DNA from: Octopus vulgaris
Lineage: Eukaryota
Direction of reading: 5' to 3'
DNA: 64,000 nt
NCBI GenBank assembly: GCA_951406725.2
Contig: OX597837.1
Span: 36,146,001 to 36,210,000 of the forward strand
Part shown: piece after piece, positions 40,511 to 56,250 of the stretch
Numbering within the stretch: the first letter of the stretch is position 1
How the letters are laid out: every line of letters starts with the position of its first letter
Translations under genes and position numbers: made by a program
The notes under the pieces: generated by a model
Told to the model about the DNA's origin: nothing
Database searches by the model: none
What the model saw: the letters and a program-made list of their open reading frames with translations, nothing else

Positions 40511-41286
40511 GGTGGTGGTGGTGGTGGTGGTGGTGGTGGTGAGGAAGAAGAAGAAAAGACTTAGAAGAGGTTCAAAAGAAGATAAAGAAGAATAGAAGAG
40601 TGATGACATTGAGGAGGAGGAGGAGGAGGAATTAAGGAAGAGGTGAGGGGAGGAGGATTAAGGAAGAAGAAGAAGTTGAGGAAGAATAAAAAGACGTGGA
40701 AGAAGAACAGCAACAGCAAAAACAACACCAACAACAACCCAAACAACAAAAACAACAACAGCAACAACAAAAGGCCGCAAAACAGTTACAGCAATCACCA
40801 GAACTATGACAACAAGAATAACTGCAAAAACAAAAATAAAGGAAAGAAAAACAACTATAAAATAACTACAATAGCAAGAATATCTACAAAAACAAAAGCA
40901 GTAATAATAATCATCAATATTAAACAACAACAACAACAACAGATATTAACCGAAGACAAACCAAACTAACAACCAAACAAAACCTGATCAAAATCAGAAA
41001 ATACGTTGTACTTGTTTGAGTAGCTTTTAAGGTGTGTTGAAGGTTGATGCGACGTGAGAGAATGGATAGAGATTTGAATGTGGAATAGAAGACGTAATTG
41101 TTGGAAAAAAAAAATGGACGTGAAAAAATGCGAAAATGAGAAGACAAAAAAATTGAATGAGAGCAGCCGACATATTGATGTAACTGCCAGACTCTATAAA
41201 ATATATTTCCCGTCATTCTCTTCTCATTTGTAAATCGTTTTTGTGGCTCCGTTTTTGTGGGTAGGTACTTATATACACACACACAC

Positions 41287-41340
<54 letters not shown>

Positions 41341-41370
41341 AGCATATGTGCGCGCTTGTGTGTGTATGTG

Positions 41371-41476
<106 letters not shown>

Positions 41477-41898
41477 GATAGATAGATAAGATAGATAGAT
41501 AGATAGATAGAAAGATATAGATAGATACATAGATAGATGAATAGATTGATATAGATAGATATACATACGTTTATATACGCATACATAAATAAACATATAT
41601 ATGCATTCATATTCATATATATGTGTGTATGTATATTATATATATATATATATACACGCACATATATGCATATATATATATATATACATATATATATGCA
41701 TGTGTATATATATATATATACATAGATTAACTATATATATATATATATATAGATTAACTATATATATATATATATATGAGTGGAAATAGATACTGAGTGA
41801 TTCTTAGAGAGTTCGATAGGCGATAGATACAGATACAGACATGTTTCACTATATCGTATTCACATATATACATGAAAATCTATCTGTCTATCTATCTA

Positions 41899-41976
<78 letters not shown>

Positions 41977-42598
41977 GCGCACTTTTTCAATATATTTAAG
42001 TGTGTTTGTGTGTATGTACTTATATGTCTGCACCTATATATATGTACATATACATGAATGTACATATGTACGTACATATATATACACATATCTATATGTG
42101 CATATATATATATATATTTATATATATATATATGCATATATATATATATATATATGCATATATATACAAGTACACAATACATATCTCTATATACATGCAT
42201 ATATATATATATATATATATATACAGAGAGAGAGAGAGAGAGAGAGAGTGAGAGTGTGTGGTAAAGATAGTGAGAGAGAGAGAGAGAATGTGAGGCATAA
42301 GTGATGGATATATACATATACGAATATGTTTATGAATATTTAAGAAAAAGGCCATTTAGTCTCACTGTAACATTTTCTCTTCTTTCCAGCTAAATTTTTC
42401 TCTGCGTTTTAATTAACAACAGCAACAAAAACAACACACATACACACACGCACATACACACACACTCATACACACACATATATACGTGTGTGTGGGTGTG
42501 TGAGAGTGTGTCTTACATAACATTATATTTCATAATAACATATATAAATTTTAATTACGACATAGTATATATATATATATTTGTATGTATGCATTATG

Positions 42599-42629
<31 letters not shown>

Positions 42630-42748
42630 TAAAAATAGTTCATATTAGTATATATGCATTATGTATATATATATATATATGTTTGTATGTATGTATATGT
42701 ATATATATATATACATATTAAAAATAGTTCATATTACTATATATGTAT

Positions 42749-42791
<43 letters not shown>

Positions 42792-43322
42792 GTCTGTATA
42801 TATATATATATATGTGTGTATTCCAATTTACAACGTCTCTCATATTATATTTATATTTATGTATGTTGCACAACAATATATTTCATATTATTATATACTT
42901 TTCATTCAGAATCTGTGTTTTATTATTATATATATTCGTTCCTCTCTGAATTTCCCATCACAACGTCTTCCACATCTTTCGCTATTAAGTATTTGATCTT
43001 TTCAATAAAAATTCTTTTAATGCTGCTACTGGTTTCAACAATCCGTCTTTATTTTCTCTTAATTCTTTTCTATGTATATTATATTTGTGAATATCTTTGT
43101 GTGTGTGTGTTTGTGTGTGTGTGTCCATATATGTATATATAAATATGTATATATATATATATATATATATACATATTTATATGCATATATATGTATGTAC
43201 GTGGGTAAAAGTATATAAAAATAAATATATATATATACATATATGTATGTATACATACAATGGCATGTATATAAGTACATATATACATTATATATATTTG
43301 TGTGTATATATGCATATGTATA

Positions 43323-43412
<90 letters not shown>

Positions 43413-43498
43413 CATACTTATACACATATGTGAATCAGCCAAGCTTAGAGGGAGGGAGCGATGGAGGTAGAGACTCAGACACGTATATATAAATATGC

Positions 43499-43546
<48 letters not shown>

Positions 43547-43577
43547 ATATATATGCGTATAAATATATATGTGCATG

Positions 43578-43608
<31 letters not shown>

Positions 43609-43840
43609 ACATGCATATGCTTGTGCATACACATGCAGAATTTCATATATGTAATAACTTTATATATGATATATGTACGCACCATGAACACACATATAAA
43701 TATATATATATGCAGAAATGCACATACACACACTTACAGATATCTGCGGGTGACTGCGAAATGTAGAGTGCATTTCAATAATTCTAAAGGGAATTGAATA
43801 ACGAGAACAAGATAGTGTTACATTCATTATGTCACATTTA

Positions 43841-44497
<657 letters not shown>

Positions 44498-44867
44498 ATG
44501 GATAAAGTGAATTGTTAAATGGAAGGAGAAAAAATAATGCTGAAAATATATTTTTTACGATAATTTACATAATTCTCAGTTTATTATTCTTTATATTTTG
44601 ATATATTAGCTACTAGTGGTGGGACGGAGGGTGGGTGTGGCGGCGGGATGGTGGTGGTGGTGGTGGTGGTGGGGAATTGGCGGGAGGGATTCGAGTGGCA
44701 GAGGTGGAGATGTGTAGCTTGGAGGTGATGGGTTGGCTTGATCTGCCTTAGCTATTATTTGATGTCGTTATGCTAGCCATGGCGAGGTAGTTGTGATAGT
44801 GGTGGAGGAGGTGGTGGTGGTGGAGGTGGTGTTGGTGGTGGGGTGGTAGTAATAATAAAAATGATAA

Positions 44868-44914
<47 letters not shown>

Positions 44915-45109
44915 ATCTCTGTCATTGGCCAAAAGGGCGCAAAGAACAAGAAGAAATTGTTGGTGATGATGACGAAGGCTACGACAAAGATGACGGCGAG
45001 GATGGTGGTGATAATGAGATAATTATAATTGTGACGACGACGATGACGACGATGATGATGATGATGATGATGATGACGATGAAAAAGAAAATCAGAAGGA
45101 GAAGAAGGG

Positions 45110-45166
45110 GATGTAAACACATCGACACCGGTGGAGGGGACGAACACGCAGACACACGTACATATA

Positions 45167-45202
<36 letters not shown>

Positions 45203-45358
45203 CGACGGGCTTCTTTCGGTTTCCGTCTACCAAATCCACTCACAAGGCTTTGGTCAGCCCGATGCTAATGTTGAAGACACTTGCCCAATGTGCTATACAG
45301 TGGGACTGAACCCGGAACCATGTGGTCGGGAAACAAACTTCGTACCACACAGCCACAC
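45110..45358 (-). mobile_element. SINE family A, partial
   Basis: tacgacgggcttctttc..ccactcacaaggctttggtc..ggactgaacccggaaccatgtgg..cacacagccac. Confidence 0.8.
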
Positions 45359-45360
45359 AC

Positions 45361-45625
45361 AGGATCAAACCGGAGACCGGAGTGGACTGCAGAAAGCTAA
45401 AAGAACAATTCTTCTGGTGGTAATTAGCACATTAGGCACAAGACCCAAAATGCAGCTGAAAAGATTTTAAACAGACGGGAATTGGAACCCGCATTGCTGA
45501 TCTGCAGAGAAATACCATCTTATATTCTGCAAGAATCTTAAAAATAAAAAAGATACCTGAGATTTGAGCAGACTTGGCACCACCAAACCTCAAAGTAACA
45601 GCCTTGTTAACTAATACGGCATGCA
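45361..45625 (+). mobile_element. R4/Dong-like LINE extreme 3' end, degenerate
   Basis: TILLVVISTLGTRPK..TGIGTRIADLQRNTILYSARIL.. matches the RLE C-terminus pattern; short AATAATAAT at 45811 beyond an inserted repeat. Confidence 0.55.
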
Positions 45626-45802
45626 ATCATCATCGTTTAACGTCCGCTTTCCGCGCTAGCACGGGTTGGACGGTTTGACCGGGTCTGGGAAGCCAGGGGC
45701 CGCTCCAGGCTCCAGTCTGAATCTGGCAGAGTTTCTACGGCTGGATGCCCTTCCTAACGCCAACCACTCCGTGAGTGGATTGGGTGCTTTTTACGTGCCA
45801 CC
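45626..45802 (-). mobile_element. SINE/RTE-related repeat 3' portion
   Basis: GC-rich; minus strand GGTTGGCGTTAGGAAGGGCATCCAGCCGTAGAAA motif and (GAT)n tail. Confidence 0.55.
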
Positions 45803-46216
45803 TTAGGTTTAATAATAATTTACAAATACTGATAGGGCACAGAAAGTGTGTCTATAGCCAACTGGAGGAGGTGTCCTCCTGGGGCTACAAACTACAGTAG
45901 CATCCACCCTTAGGGGTTAGCCATATTTAAATGGCAAATATATGTCACGTAATGATGATACAGTTCTATATTTAAGAGATGAGGAATTATTTACATTATT
46001 TACATTGTTTATATTTGACGGATATTTGTCCTCATCTTGTTTGTTGTTAACACAACGTTTTGGCTGATATACCCTCACAACAACAACAACACACACACAT
46101 ATACACACATAAATTATTTTTGTTTTGTCTTGTGCTGTCCATAATGTTTTTCTTAATGTAAACCCTTGTGGTCAATAAAGATATCATCATTATTATAATT
46201 GTCGTCATCATCATCA

Positions 46217-46251
<35 letters not shown>

Positions 46252-46344
46252 GTTGTTGTTGTTGTTGTTGTTGTTGTTATTGTTGTTGTTGTTGTTGTTA
46301 TTAAGGCGACGATTTAGTAGAACCATTAACACGATGCAGAAAAT

Positions 46345-46965
46345 GTGCATACCATGAAATTTTCCTATTCCACTACGCCTAATCTAGCGAACTCTATAGC
46401 GTCTATTAACAGTAAGAAACCGAATACTACCAGAAATATAGACTGTACGTTTATCTATTCAGAATATACAGACCGTTCTGAGACTACTTCAAACGCTATA
46501 CGTTTATCTACTGCACAAAACGATGCTGATAATAATTCGATGTCTCCTCAGAGTGACAGCATTAACCCTAACAGAATAAATAAGGCCTCTTATGATTACG
46601 CGCCTAACAGAATGTGCAACAGTAAGGAGCCTAATAAATGCCCTTTAGAATTATCTAATACAGAAGTGTTCGGTCAGAACACCAGTATGTGTCTGTTATT
46701 ATATAGGAGCTACCGCTTCGAAATTCAACATCAGATTACATAATCATGTTCATTCTTTAAGTACAAAGCAAAGAAGACTTCACGACGTTGGACAAGTTCA
46801 TCTGGGGCTTAAAGTGGAAGAATATAAACTACTCTATCTCGTGCTATATTGTTGGTAGTACACTTCTTTACAGAGAGGGTGATGGTAGTTGTAAATTGTG
46901 TTCGGTGGAGGCTCTGGAAATTCTCAAGTGTCAGTCTAACTTAATAGGCATAAGAAGTTATTAAT
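46345..46965 (+). mobile_element. Penelope-like element fragment (linker plus GIY-YIG)
   Basis: TMKFSYSTTPNLANSIASINSKK..CNSKEPNKCPL..YIGATASKFNIRLHNHVHS..TTLDKFIWGLKWKNINYSIS..CKLCSVEALEIL (frameshifted). Confidence 0.8.
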
Positions 46966-47221
46966 CCGCTGTTCACAATTATTTAATAAAACATTCCTTA
47001 AATCATCACATAATGATCCTACTTAATTAAGTAGGACTAAATAAGATTAATGCCTGCGTTCTTTTCTTAAGGAATCTTCTACCCCTACTTCAATTATCTC
47101 TTATGTAACATACCAAGTAGATAGTTCTTAACTAATTATTAATCTAATCTATTCCGCTTGGTTTAATTTGATTCCATATAACTGAAGTAAACCTAATATC
47201 CCTTTATTGGACAATAGAGGT

Positions 47222-47456
47222 CTTTTTATCTTTTACTGATTTCACTCAGATTGCGGCCATGCTTGGGCACCGCCTTCAAGAACTTTTTTTCCGAACAGCT
47301 ATGTTACGGAGGGCGTAAACACGCCAGCAACGGTTGTCAAGCGGTGGGGGAGCGGCAAACATAGACACAAAGACACACACACATATAGATAGATAGATAG
47401 ATACATACATACATACATACATACATACATACATACATACATACATACAGACATAA

Positions 47457-47517
<61 letters not shown>

Positions 47518-47637
47518 AAAACAGCCAGCCAGACAGGCAGGTGGGTAGGTAGGTAGGTAGGTAGGTAGGTAGGTAGGTAGGTTGACAGCCAACCAGACAG
47601 AAAGACCCAGACAGACACACACACAGACAGATGGATG

Positions 47638-47715
<78 letters not shown>

Positions 47716-47873
47716 CTTCTTTCAGTTTCCGTCTAACAAATCCACTCACAAGGCTTTGGTCAGCTTCAGACAATAGTAAGAAGACTCTTGCTCAAGGTGT
47801 CACGCAGCGGGATTGAACCCAGAACCGTATGGTTGGGAATCAAGCTTCTTACCACACAGTTACGCCTTCGCCT
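47222..47873 (-). mobile_element. SINE family A, full length with an expanded internal microsatellite
   Basis: 3' part 47222-47372 and head 47716-47873 flank about 340 bp of GATA/CATA/GGTA repeats. Confidence 0.8.
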
Positions 47874-48589
47874 AGTGATGGGAATTTAATAATTTTCAAA
47901 CACATCACATCCCCAGTCGAAACCCAACTCCATACTTTTCTATTTCTAATTACTTTCAAATATTTTCTCTTTTAAATTACCCTAACCATTTTATTGATTA
48001 GATCAGTTTAAATATACTAGTAATTCCCTTTTTCTCTGAATTCACAGTACTGGCATAATTTTTATTATTTCTGACATCTTGATCTCTATGGACTCTGATT
48101 TTGGAAAGAGTTTCCCAAATCAAGGAAATTAATTTGATAGGTCAGATGCGTACAAACCCCATTAACTGTATTTATCTGGAAGAGGAATCTTTGATGTTTA
48201 TAACTCTGATATCATGCAAGACCTGTTTCCACCACAGTATGTTTGTTGGAAACTAAGAATCTAGTACAATGACGATAAGGTCTGACAAAAGTGGTTAAGG
48301 GCTAACTATGGTATCAATTGATTGATTGATTAATTAAATAATTGATTGCTTAATTTTGCATACAAACCAATGTATAACGATTAATTAGTTCCTCTAACCA
48401 TCCAAAACAATCGTAACTTTAAATAAAGTTATGTAATAACATTGTCCTTTTTTTAAAAACCCGATTGATCTTTTATTCTGTGATAAATGCACCAACCAAC
48501 TGATTCGTGATTATCCTCAAATTCGCAGTTTGTATCGATCGTTCTGTGGATACAAACTCTTCAGATTTGTACCTTCTCCGCTTCACAAT

Positions 48590-48850
48590 TGTGATCGTCA
48601 ATGTTTTCGCATAGAGTGCGATGGATTACTTCCATCATTAATTTCTAACTGGTGGAGCGTAAGCGCACGCAAAGTGGACGCCAAAGGCCTTTCAATGATG
48701 CACTCGAAGCCTCACTGAAGAGATTTTACACCAAACTCGACACCTGGGAAGACTGCCCATCATGGCGAAGCTGCACCAACAGAGTTCCCATCTCCTACGT
48801 ACAGAAAAGAATTGCGGAGGTACAAGCAAAATGCGAACAGAGACAGATCT
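48590..48850 (+). mobile_element. RTE/BovB-like LINE 3' fragment
   Basis: ERKRTQSGRQRPFNDALEASLKRF..DTWE..SWRS..KRIAEVQAKCEQRQ resembles the RTE ORF C-terminus. Confidence 0.6.
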
Positions 48851-48891
48851 TTGCCTTCAGTTCCAGCAGACAGGCAGTGTTCGACCTATAT

Positions 48892-48939
<48 letters not shown>

Positions 48940-48984
48940 TTACACATACACACACACACACACATTCACACACACATATATATA

Positions 48985-49140
48985 TGGCTGTGTGGTAAGA
49001 CGCTTGCTTCTCAACTGCATGGTTCCGGGTTCAGTCCTACTTCATGGCACCTTCGGCAAGTGTCTTCTACTATATCCTGGAGCCGACCAGAGACATTGAG
49101 TAAATTTGGTAGATAGAAACTGAAATAAGCCCCGCATATA
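48985..49140 (+). mobile_element. SINE family A, 5' half
   Basis: tggctgtgtggtaag..ggttccgggttcagtcc..caagtgtcttctactata. Confidence 0.8.
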
Positions 49141-49152
49141 CATACACACACA

Positions 49153-49238
<86 letters not shown>

Positions 49239-49535
49239 TACATACATACATATATATACTCATTAAATATATATATATATATCTATATATATATGTATAA
49301 AGGGCAAAAGAAAAAAATTCCTATGCCAAATATGCCTTTAAAGTTCATAAGTTTCACTTTAAAAGGGTATTTATTAATATGCTGGCCACTGATACGAGTT
49401 TGAGAAAATTTTATCCTATATTAGAGGGAGGGAGGGAGGAAGGGGGCAGGTAGGTAGGTAGGTAGAAAAAAGATAGATAGATAGATAGAAAGATAGATAG
49501 AAAGATATATATATATGCATGTGTATGTATGTGTT

Positions 49536-49583
<48 letters not shown>

Positions 49584-49615
49584 TATACATATATGTGTAT
49601 ATGTATATTTATATA

Positions 49616-49668
<53 letters not shown>

Positions 49669-50069
49669 GTCTGTTCACTAATCCAATTCCTCGTGAAAAT
49701 AATAAATCTCATTATCACTTCAATTCGAAAACGACAACAATTAACGCAAATATTCATTAAAAAATACTTTTTTTTTTTTTCACGTTTAAAAATCTTTTTT
49801 TTTTGACTTTTCATTTTTGTTTTTACTTTATTTACAATTTTCTTCTCTTATTTATTTTTTACCCATTAATTACAACAAACTGTTTCAAAAATTGTGTTTA
49901 TTTTGACATTTGCGTATTTAAAAATTGTTTTGTTTTTTGAAATGTGTTTGAAATTAGATTTTGTTTATATTTTTTTTGTTTGTTGTTTTAGTTTTGTTGC
50001 TAGGTTTGTGTTTATTGATTTATCGAATTATGCAGACGAATTCAATTTCGGCGTGTTGTATGTGTAAGC

Positions 50070-50136
<67 letters not shown>

Positions 50137-50223
50137 CATATACACACACACACCCATATATATGTATGTATGTATGATTACGTGTATATATGAGTATACA
50201 TATATGCATACATTTACAGATAT

Positions 50224-50256
<33 letters not shown>

Positions 50257-50444
50257 GAATATATACATATATAAGCATAGATACATGCATACATACACAG
50301 AAATATATGCATAGGTGTGTATATGTACGTGCGTATATAAGTATGTGTATACATTTATGTATATATATACATATATATATATATGCATATATAAATATAA
50401 TTATAAATATGTATATATATACATACTTATATATACATATATAC

Positions 50445-50498
<54 letters not shown>

Positions 50499-50559
50499 AT
50501 ATGTATGTATGTATATATACTTCTATATGTAAATTTTGCTCTTTATGGCAAAGACTGCT

Positions 50560-50800
50560 CCGATGGTAACATGTAAGTTAGCATGTATACATTGAGATTC
50601 TAAAGCAACATCTTACCACTTCACTCTCCAAGTACATCTGGAGTATAACGGATGATAATATTAACAATTACAAGGTCGATTGCTCGATTGAATACGATAC
50701 AAGTGATCGATATTTAATGAGGCCAAAGACTGTGATCAAAACTGCGGCAGAAACTATGATAATCTTTTGATGTCTGTAAATTTGAACAAAATCAGAAGCG
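50560..50800 (+). mobile_element. Penelope-like GIY-YIG fragment, highly decayed
   Basis: TTSLSKYIWSITDDNINNYKVDCSI parallels TTLDKFIWGLKWKNINYSIS near 46782. Confidence 0.5.
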
Positions 50801-51044
50801 GTGTATTCTTCCAGAGACATGCTTCGATGTATCTATCCATAAATGCATGTCTATATATATATATATATGTGTTTTTATGTCCGTACGCATGCATTAAATG
50901 GAAAGAATCAATGAACAAACGAACAACAGAATGTTGGTAGAAGCAGTGTTGTACTTACGTTGCAGATATAATGCACCAGCTTTAAGGTGATCGGAGACAT
51001 AGATCTTACCTGGTGCGCATACATGTATATATATATATATATCG

Positions 51045-51164
<120 letters not shown>

Positions 51165-52229
51165 GTAGTTAATCCAAACATGAAAACACAAAGGGAAAAC
51201 ACAACAACGCGAGGACGTGGAACAAATAAAGTATTATTGGACGCTCAGGAAAGGAGGGAAGAAGGAGGGTTTAACGTTTCCAGCGGAGCTCTTAATCGGA
51301 AACATAGGAGAAGGAAAGATCCAGAGAAGGGAAGACAGAGGGAAAAAAATCGCCAACGGTACACATACGGTCACATTTTGAATGTATATATATGTACATA
51401 TGTTTATATATATACATACATTTACACATAGACACACAAACATATGTTTGTATGAGCGTGCGTGCATGTGTGTGGATCTATATATATTAAGGAAGAAATA
51501 TATATACAGAGCGAGATATATGGAGACCGTGAAACATTCAGACAGAATTAAAAGATAAGTATATGGAAAAGAATGTAGAGGAAAACTGTGGTGGTGTGGG
51601 GTGGAGATTAGGAAGGAGAAAGATACAAAGCGGTGGCGGTGGTGATGGTGGTGGTGGTGGTGGCGGTGGTGGCGGCGGTAGAGGTGATCGTTGTGATGCT
51701 GGTGGTGGTGGTGGCGTGGTGGTGGCGGTGGTGGCGGCGATGGTGGCGGTAGAGGTGATGGTGGTGATAGTGGTGGTAGCGTTGGTGGTGATAATGCTGA
51801 TGGTGTTGGCGGTGGTGGTGGCGTGGTGGTGGCGGTGGTAGCGTGGTGGTGGCGGTGGTGGCGTGGTGGTGGTGGTGGTGGTGGTGGTGGTGGTGGTGGT
51901 GGCGGTGGTGGCGTGGTGGTGGTGGTGATGGTGGTGGCGTGGTGGTGGTGGTGGTGGCGTGGTGGTGGCGGTGGTGCGTGGTGGTGGCGGTGGTGGCGGT
52001 GGTGGCGGTGGTGGCGTGGTGGTGGTGGTGATGGTGGTGGTGTGGTGGCGGTGAGGGAAAAATACTGTATGTATTGACCTTAATCAATAAATGATATTGT
52101 GATTGATTGAAAGTGACAGAGATCAATGTTAGAGAGATGAACAGTTCTGGCACAATTGTTACATTCTAGAAGAAAGAAGGAAGAAAATAAAAACAACAAA
52201 AAGACTTCATAAAAAGAGGTCGATCTAAT

Positions 52230-52285
<56 letters not shown>

Positions 52286-53049
52286 GATCGTCGTCATTTT
52301 CTTCTTCTTCTTCTGTTTCTTCATCATCATCGTCATCGCCATCGTCGTCATCATCATCATCACCACTACTACCACCAACATCATCATCGTCGTCATCATC
52401 ATCGTCATCATCATCATCATCATCACCTTTTTCCTTCTCCTCCTCCTTCTTCTTTATCATCATCGTCATCACCACCACCAACATCATCATCATCGTCATC
52501 ATCATCATCATTACCTTTTTTTCCTTCTCCTCCTTCTTCTTTATCATCATCGTCATCACCACCACCAACATCATCATCGTCATCATCATTATCGTCATCA
52601 TCCTCATCACCACCACCAACATCATCATCATCGCCATCATCATCATCATCACTTTTTTTCCTTCTCCTCCTCCTTCTTCTTTATCATCATCGTCATCACC
52701 ACCACCAACATCATCATCGTCATCATCATTATCGTCGTCATCCTCATCACCACCACCACCATCATCATCATCAACAGCATGTCATTAATCATGGCCACTC
52801 TCACCACTCGGTAATACCTTTCGTTATCCTTATTATCCCCATCATCATCCACCCCATCCCCACCCCACCACCATCAGCTCTAACTTCACGGTTTTTACCA
52901 TTGTCAGCATCACGATCGTCGGAAGAGTGACGTCCATCACATTGAAGAAAAAGATTCTGTAATCATCATCATCGTCATCATCATCATCATCATCACCACC
53001 ACCACCACCACCACCAACGCTAACATCATTGTCGAGATCACAATCACCG

Positions 53050-53085
<36 letters not shown>

Positions 53086-54015
53086 CCTGCACTGTCGCCA
53101 CTGTTGCCATCATCATTATCATCATCATCGACATCATCATCATAGTCGACATCGGCATCATCATCACCACCACCCCACCGCCGCCATCATCATCATCTTC
53201 ACCACCACCACCGCCGCCCGCCATCATCATCACCAACACCGCCGCCGCCCGCCATCATCATCACCACCACCCCACCGCCACCATCATCATCATCACCACC
53301 ACCAGCGCCGCCCGCCATCATCATCACCACCACCCCACCGCCGCCATCATCATCACCACCACCCCACCGCCGCCATCATCATCATCATCACCACCACCAC
53401 CGCCGCCCGCCATCATCATCACCACGACCCCACCGCCACCATCATCATCATCACCACCACCACCGCCGCCCGCCATCATCATCACCAACACCGCCGCCGC
53501 CCGCCATCATCATCACCACCACCCCACCGCCGCCATCAACATCATCATCACCACCACCACCGCCGTCCACCATCATCATCTCCACCACCGCCACCCGCTA
53601 TCATCATCATCATCATCACCACCACCACCACCACCTCCGACGCCATCATCATCATCATCATTACCACCACCGCCGTCGACGCCATCATCATCATCATCAC
53701 CATTACCACCGCCGCCCGCCATCATCATCATCATCACCACCACCGCCGCCGACGCCATCATCATCATCATCACCACCACCGCCGCCGACGCCATCATCAT
53801 CATCATCATCACCACCACCGCCGCCCACCATCATCATCATCATCATCACCATCATCATCACCACCACCACCGCCGTCCGCCATTATCATCATCATCATCA
53901 TCATCACCACTACCACCGCCGTCCGCCATCATCATCGTCACCACCACCACCGCCGTCCGCTATCATCATCACCACCACCACCACCGCCGCCGCTTGCCAT
54001 CATCATCATCATCAT
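52230..54015. repeat. Compound (CAT)/(CAC)/(CGC) tracts with higher-order duplications
   Basis: ttttccttctcctcc..ttctttatcatcatcgtcatcaccaccaccaacatc x3 (about 52426, 52514 and 52655); ccgccgcccgccatcatcatcacc units at 53160-53990. Confidence 0.9.
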
Positions 54016-54315
54016 CTACAACTGCAAATACATCCTATAAGTTCAGTCCAGGACAATTACGTCAGATAACAACCAACGCCGCTGGTTTCCCTTTTTCGCC
54101 ATTTTTATTTCTCCATTTTCTTTTATATTTTCATTTTCTTTTCCTTAATTTTTTCCTTTTTTGCGACTGGAGGCAGACGGGGATGTCATTGAAGGGGGTG
54201 GGGGCCATTGGATCGCTTATTCGTCTCTTGTTTTTTTACCATTTGTTTTTGTTACTTTTGTTGTTTTCTCTTTTATTCAAAAAATCCAAGGAAGAAATTT
54301 CTTTTTGTTTTTTAT

Positions 54316-54525
54316 TTTCTTGTTTCAAATATTTGACTGCGACCAGGCTGGAGCACCACTCTGAAGAATTCTAGTCGAATAATTCTATCCCTGGGCTTAT
54401 TTCTTTTTATGCTATCGGTCTATTTTGCCGAATCACTAAATTACGGGGATGTAAACGCACAAACACCAGTTGTCAGGCGATGGGGTGGGGACAAACACTA
54501 ACGCAAAGGCACAAATAATACACAT
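54316..54525 (-). mobile_element. SINE family A, 3' part, diverged
   Basis: ttgtttca..tttgactgcg..gctggagcacc..ctatcggtct.ttttgccgaa. Confidence 0.7.
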
Positions 54526-54618
54526 ATATAGTTCAAATTTACAGGAAAACAAAACACAAAGACAGGTGTATAAACAACAAACAGGTGTATAAGTTTAATG
54601 CTCAGGAAGATGAGAAAG

Positions 54619-54657
54619 TCTTTTACATTTCGAGCCTACGCTCTTCAACAGAAAAGA
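54619..54657 (-). ncRNA. Minimal hammerhead-like motif (variant core)
   Basis: Minus strand: TCTTTT-CTGTTGA-A-GAGC-GTAG-GCTC-GAAA-TG-TA-AAAGA; A6 replaced by U. Confidence 0.45.
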
Positions 54658-54710
54658 ACACGAGAAAATAATCGGAAAGAGAATAAAAGATCTTTTGAAG
54701 TTAGCGGTCA

Positions 54711-54770
<60 letters not shown>

Positions 54771-55399
54771 TATAATAAGTGTAGGTGGTATACGAGTGGG
54801 TATATATTTATATATTTAACTGCTGCAATTCCAACCACCACCACCACCACCAAAGTCACTACTACTACGACCAACAATCACTGCTACTACTGCTATTTCG
54901 GCCACTGGTCATTTTCCAAACTTTAGTCAACACACAAGACAGCTATTATGCCCCCCCACCCCACAAAAAAAAGCCACCACGTGTAAGAGAGCGGATAAGA
55001 CTAGATGACCGTGGTTTCTGGGTTTTCACACGTCATCTGTACTATATGCCTGCTAGAGATGGCAGTCGTTCATCCCTACTCACAATATACAAACAGAGAA
55101 GCGGCAGACAGTTATTGATCTCGTAACGAACAAAATGGCAGGCTCCAAAATCTCTAAACAAGATATAAGTTGTAACGATACTAGACAATAACGTTTTTTG
55201 CAACTACAACATGGCTGTTCTGTAAAGAATTGTGTTACTACATTTTAACCTCAGGAAAACCTCTTTGCCAGTTGGTAAACGACACACAGCCTGTGTCTGA
55301 TATATTGTGAGTAAGGGAACGAAGCATTTCTCTCCAGCTTGACAAGACCAGTAGAGCATGGTTTCTGGGTTTTCCCCTTCATCGATACTGGACACCTAC

Positions 55400-55622
55400 C
55401 TCTTTTACTCTCTCTTTTACTCTTTTACTTGTTTCAGTCATTTGACTGCGGCCATGCTGGAGCACCGCCTTTAACCGAGCAACTCGACCCCGGGACTTAT
55501 TCTTTTGTAAGCCCAGTACTTATTCTATCGGTCTCTTTTGCCGAACCGCTAAGTAACAGGGATATAAACACACCAGCATCGGTTGTCAAGCAATGCTAGG
55601 AGGACAAACACAGACACACAAA

Positions 55623-55696
<74 letters not shown>

Positions 55697-55857
55697 TACG
55701 ACGGGCTTCAGTTTCCGTCTACCAAATCCACTCACAAGGCATTGGTCGGCCCGAGGCTATAGTAGAAGACACTTGCCCAAGGTGCCACGCAGTGGGACTG
55801 AACCCGGAACCATGTGGTTGGTAAACAAGCTACTTACCACACAGCCACTCCTGCGCC
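55400..55857 (-). mobile_element. SINE family A, full length
   Basis: Close reverse complement of 60458-60870; GAGTAAAAGA tail repeats. Confidence 0.9.
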
Positions 55858-56029
55858 TGCTAGAGATAGCAATCAATCGCTCCTACTCACAATATATAAA
55901 AAGTGGCAGTAACGTTTTTTTGCCACTATAACATGACTGTTCTATAAAGGACCATGTTACTACATTTTAACCCCAGTAGACCATGTTTTATAGATCAGCC
56001 ATTTTATAGTGGCAAAAAAACGCTACTAT

Positions 56030-56038
56030 ATATGTGTT

Positions 56039-56069
<31 letters not shown>

Positions 56070-56250
56070 ATGTGTGTATGTGTGTGTGTCTTTGCGTCTG
56101 TGTTTGTCCCCCCGATGTTAGTGTGTTTATGCCTCCGTTACTTAGGGGTTCAGCAAAAGAGACTACTAGAATAAGTACTAGGCTTCGACTAAAACGCTTT
56201 AGGGCGGTGATCCAGCATGGCCGCAGTCAAATGACTTAAACGTGTAAAGG
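56030..56250 (+). mobile_element. SINE family A, 3' half, diverged
   Basis: tgtttgtccccc..tagaataagtactaggctt..ccagcatggccgcagtcaaatgact. Confidence 0.75.
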
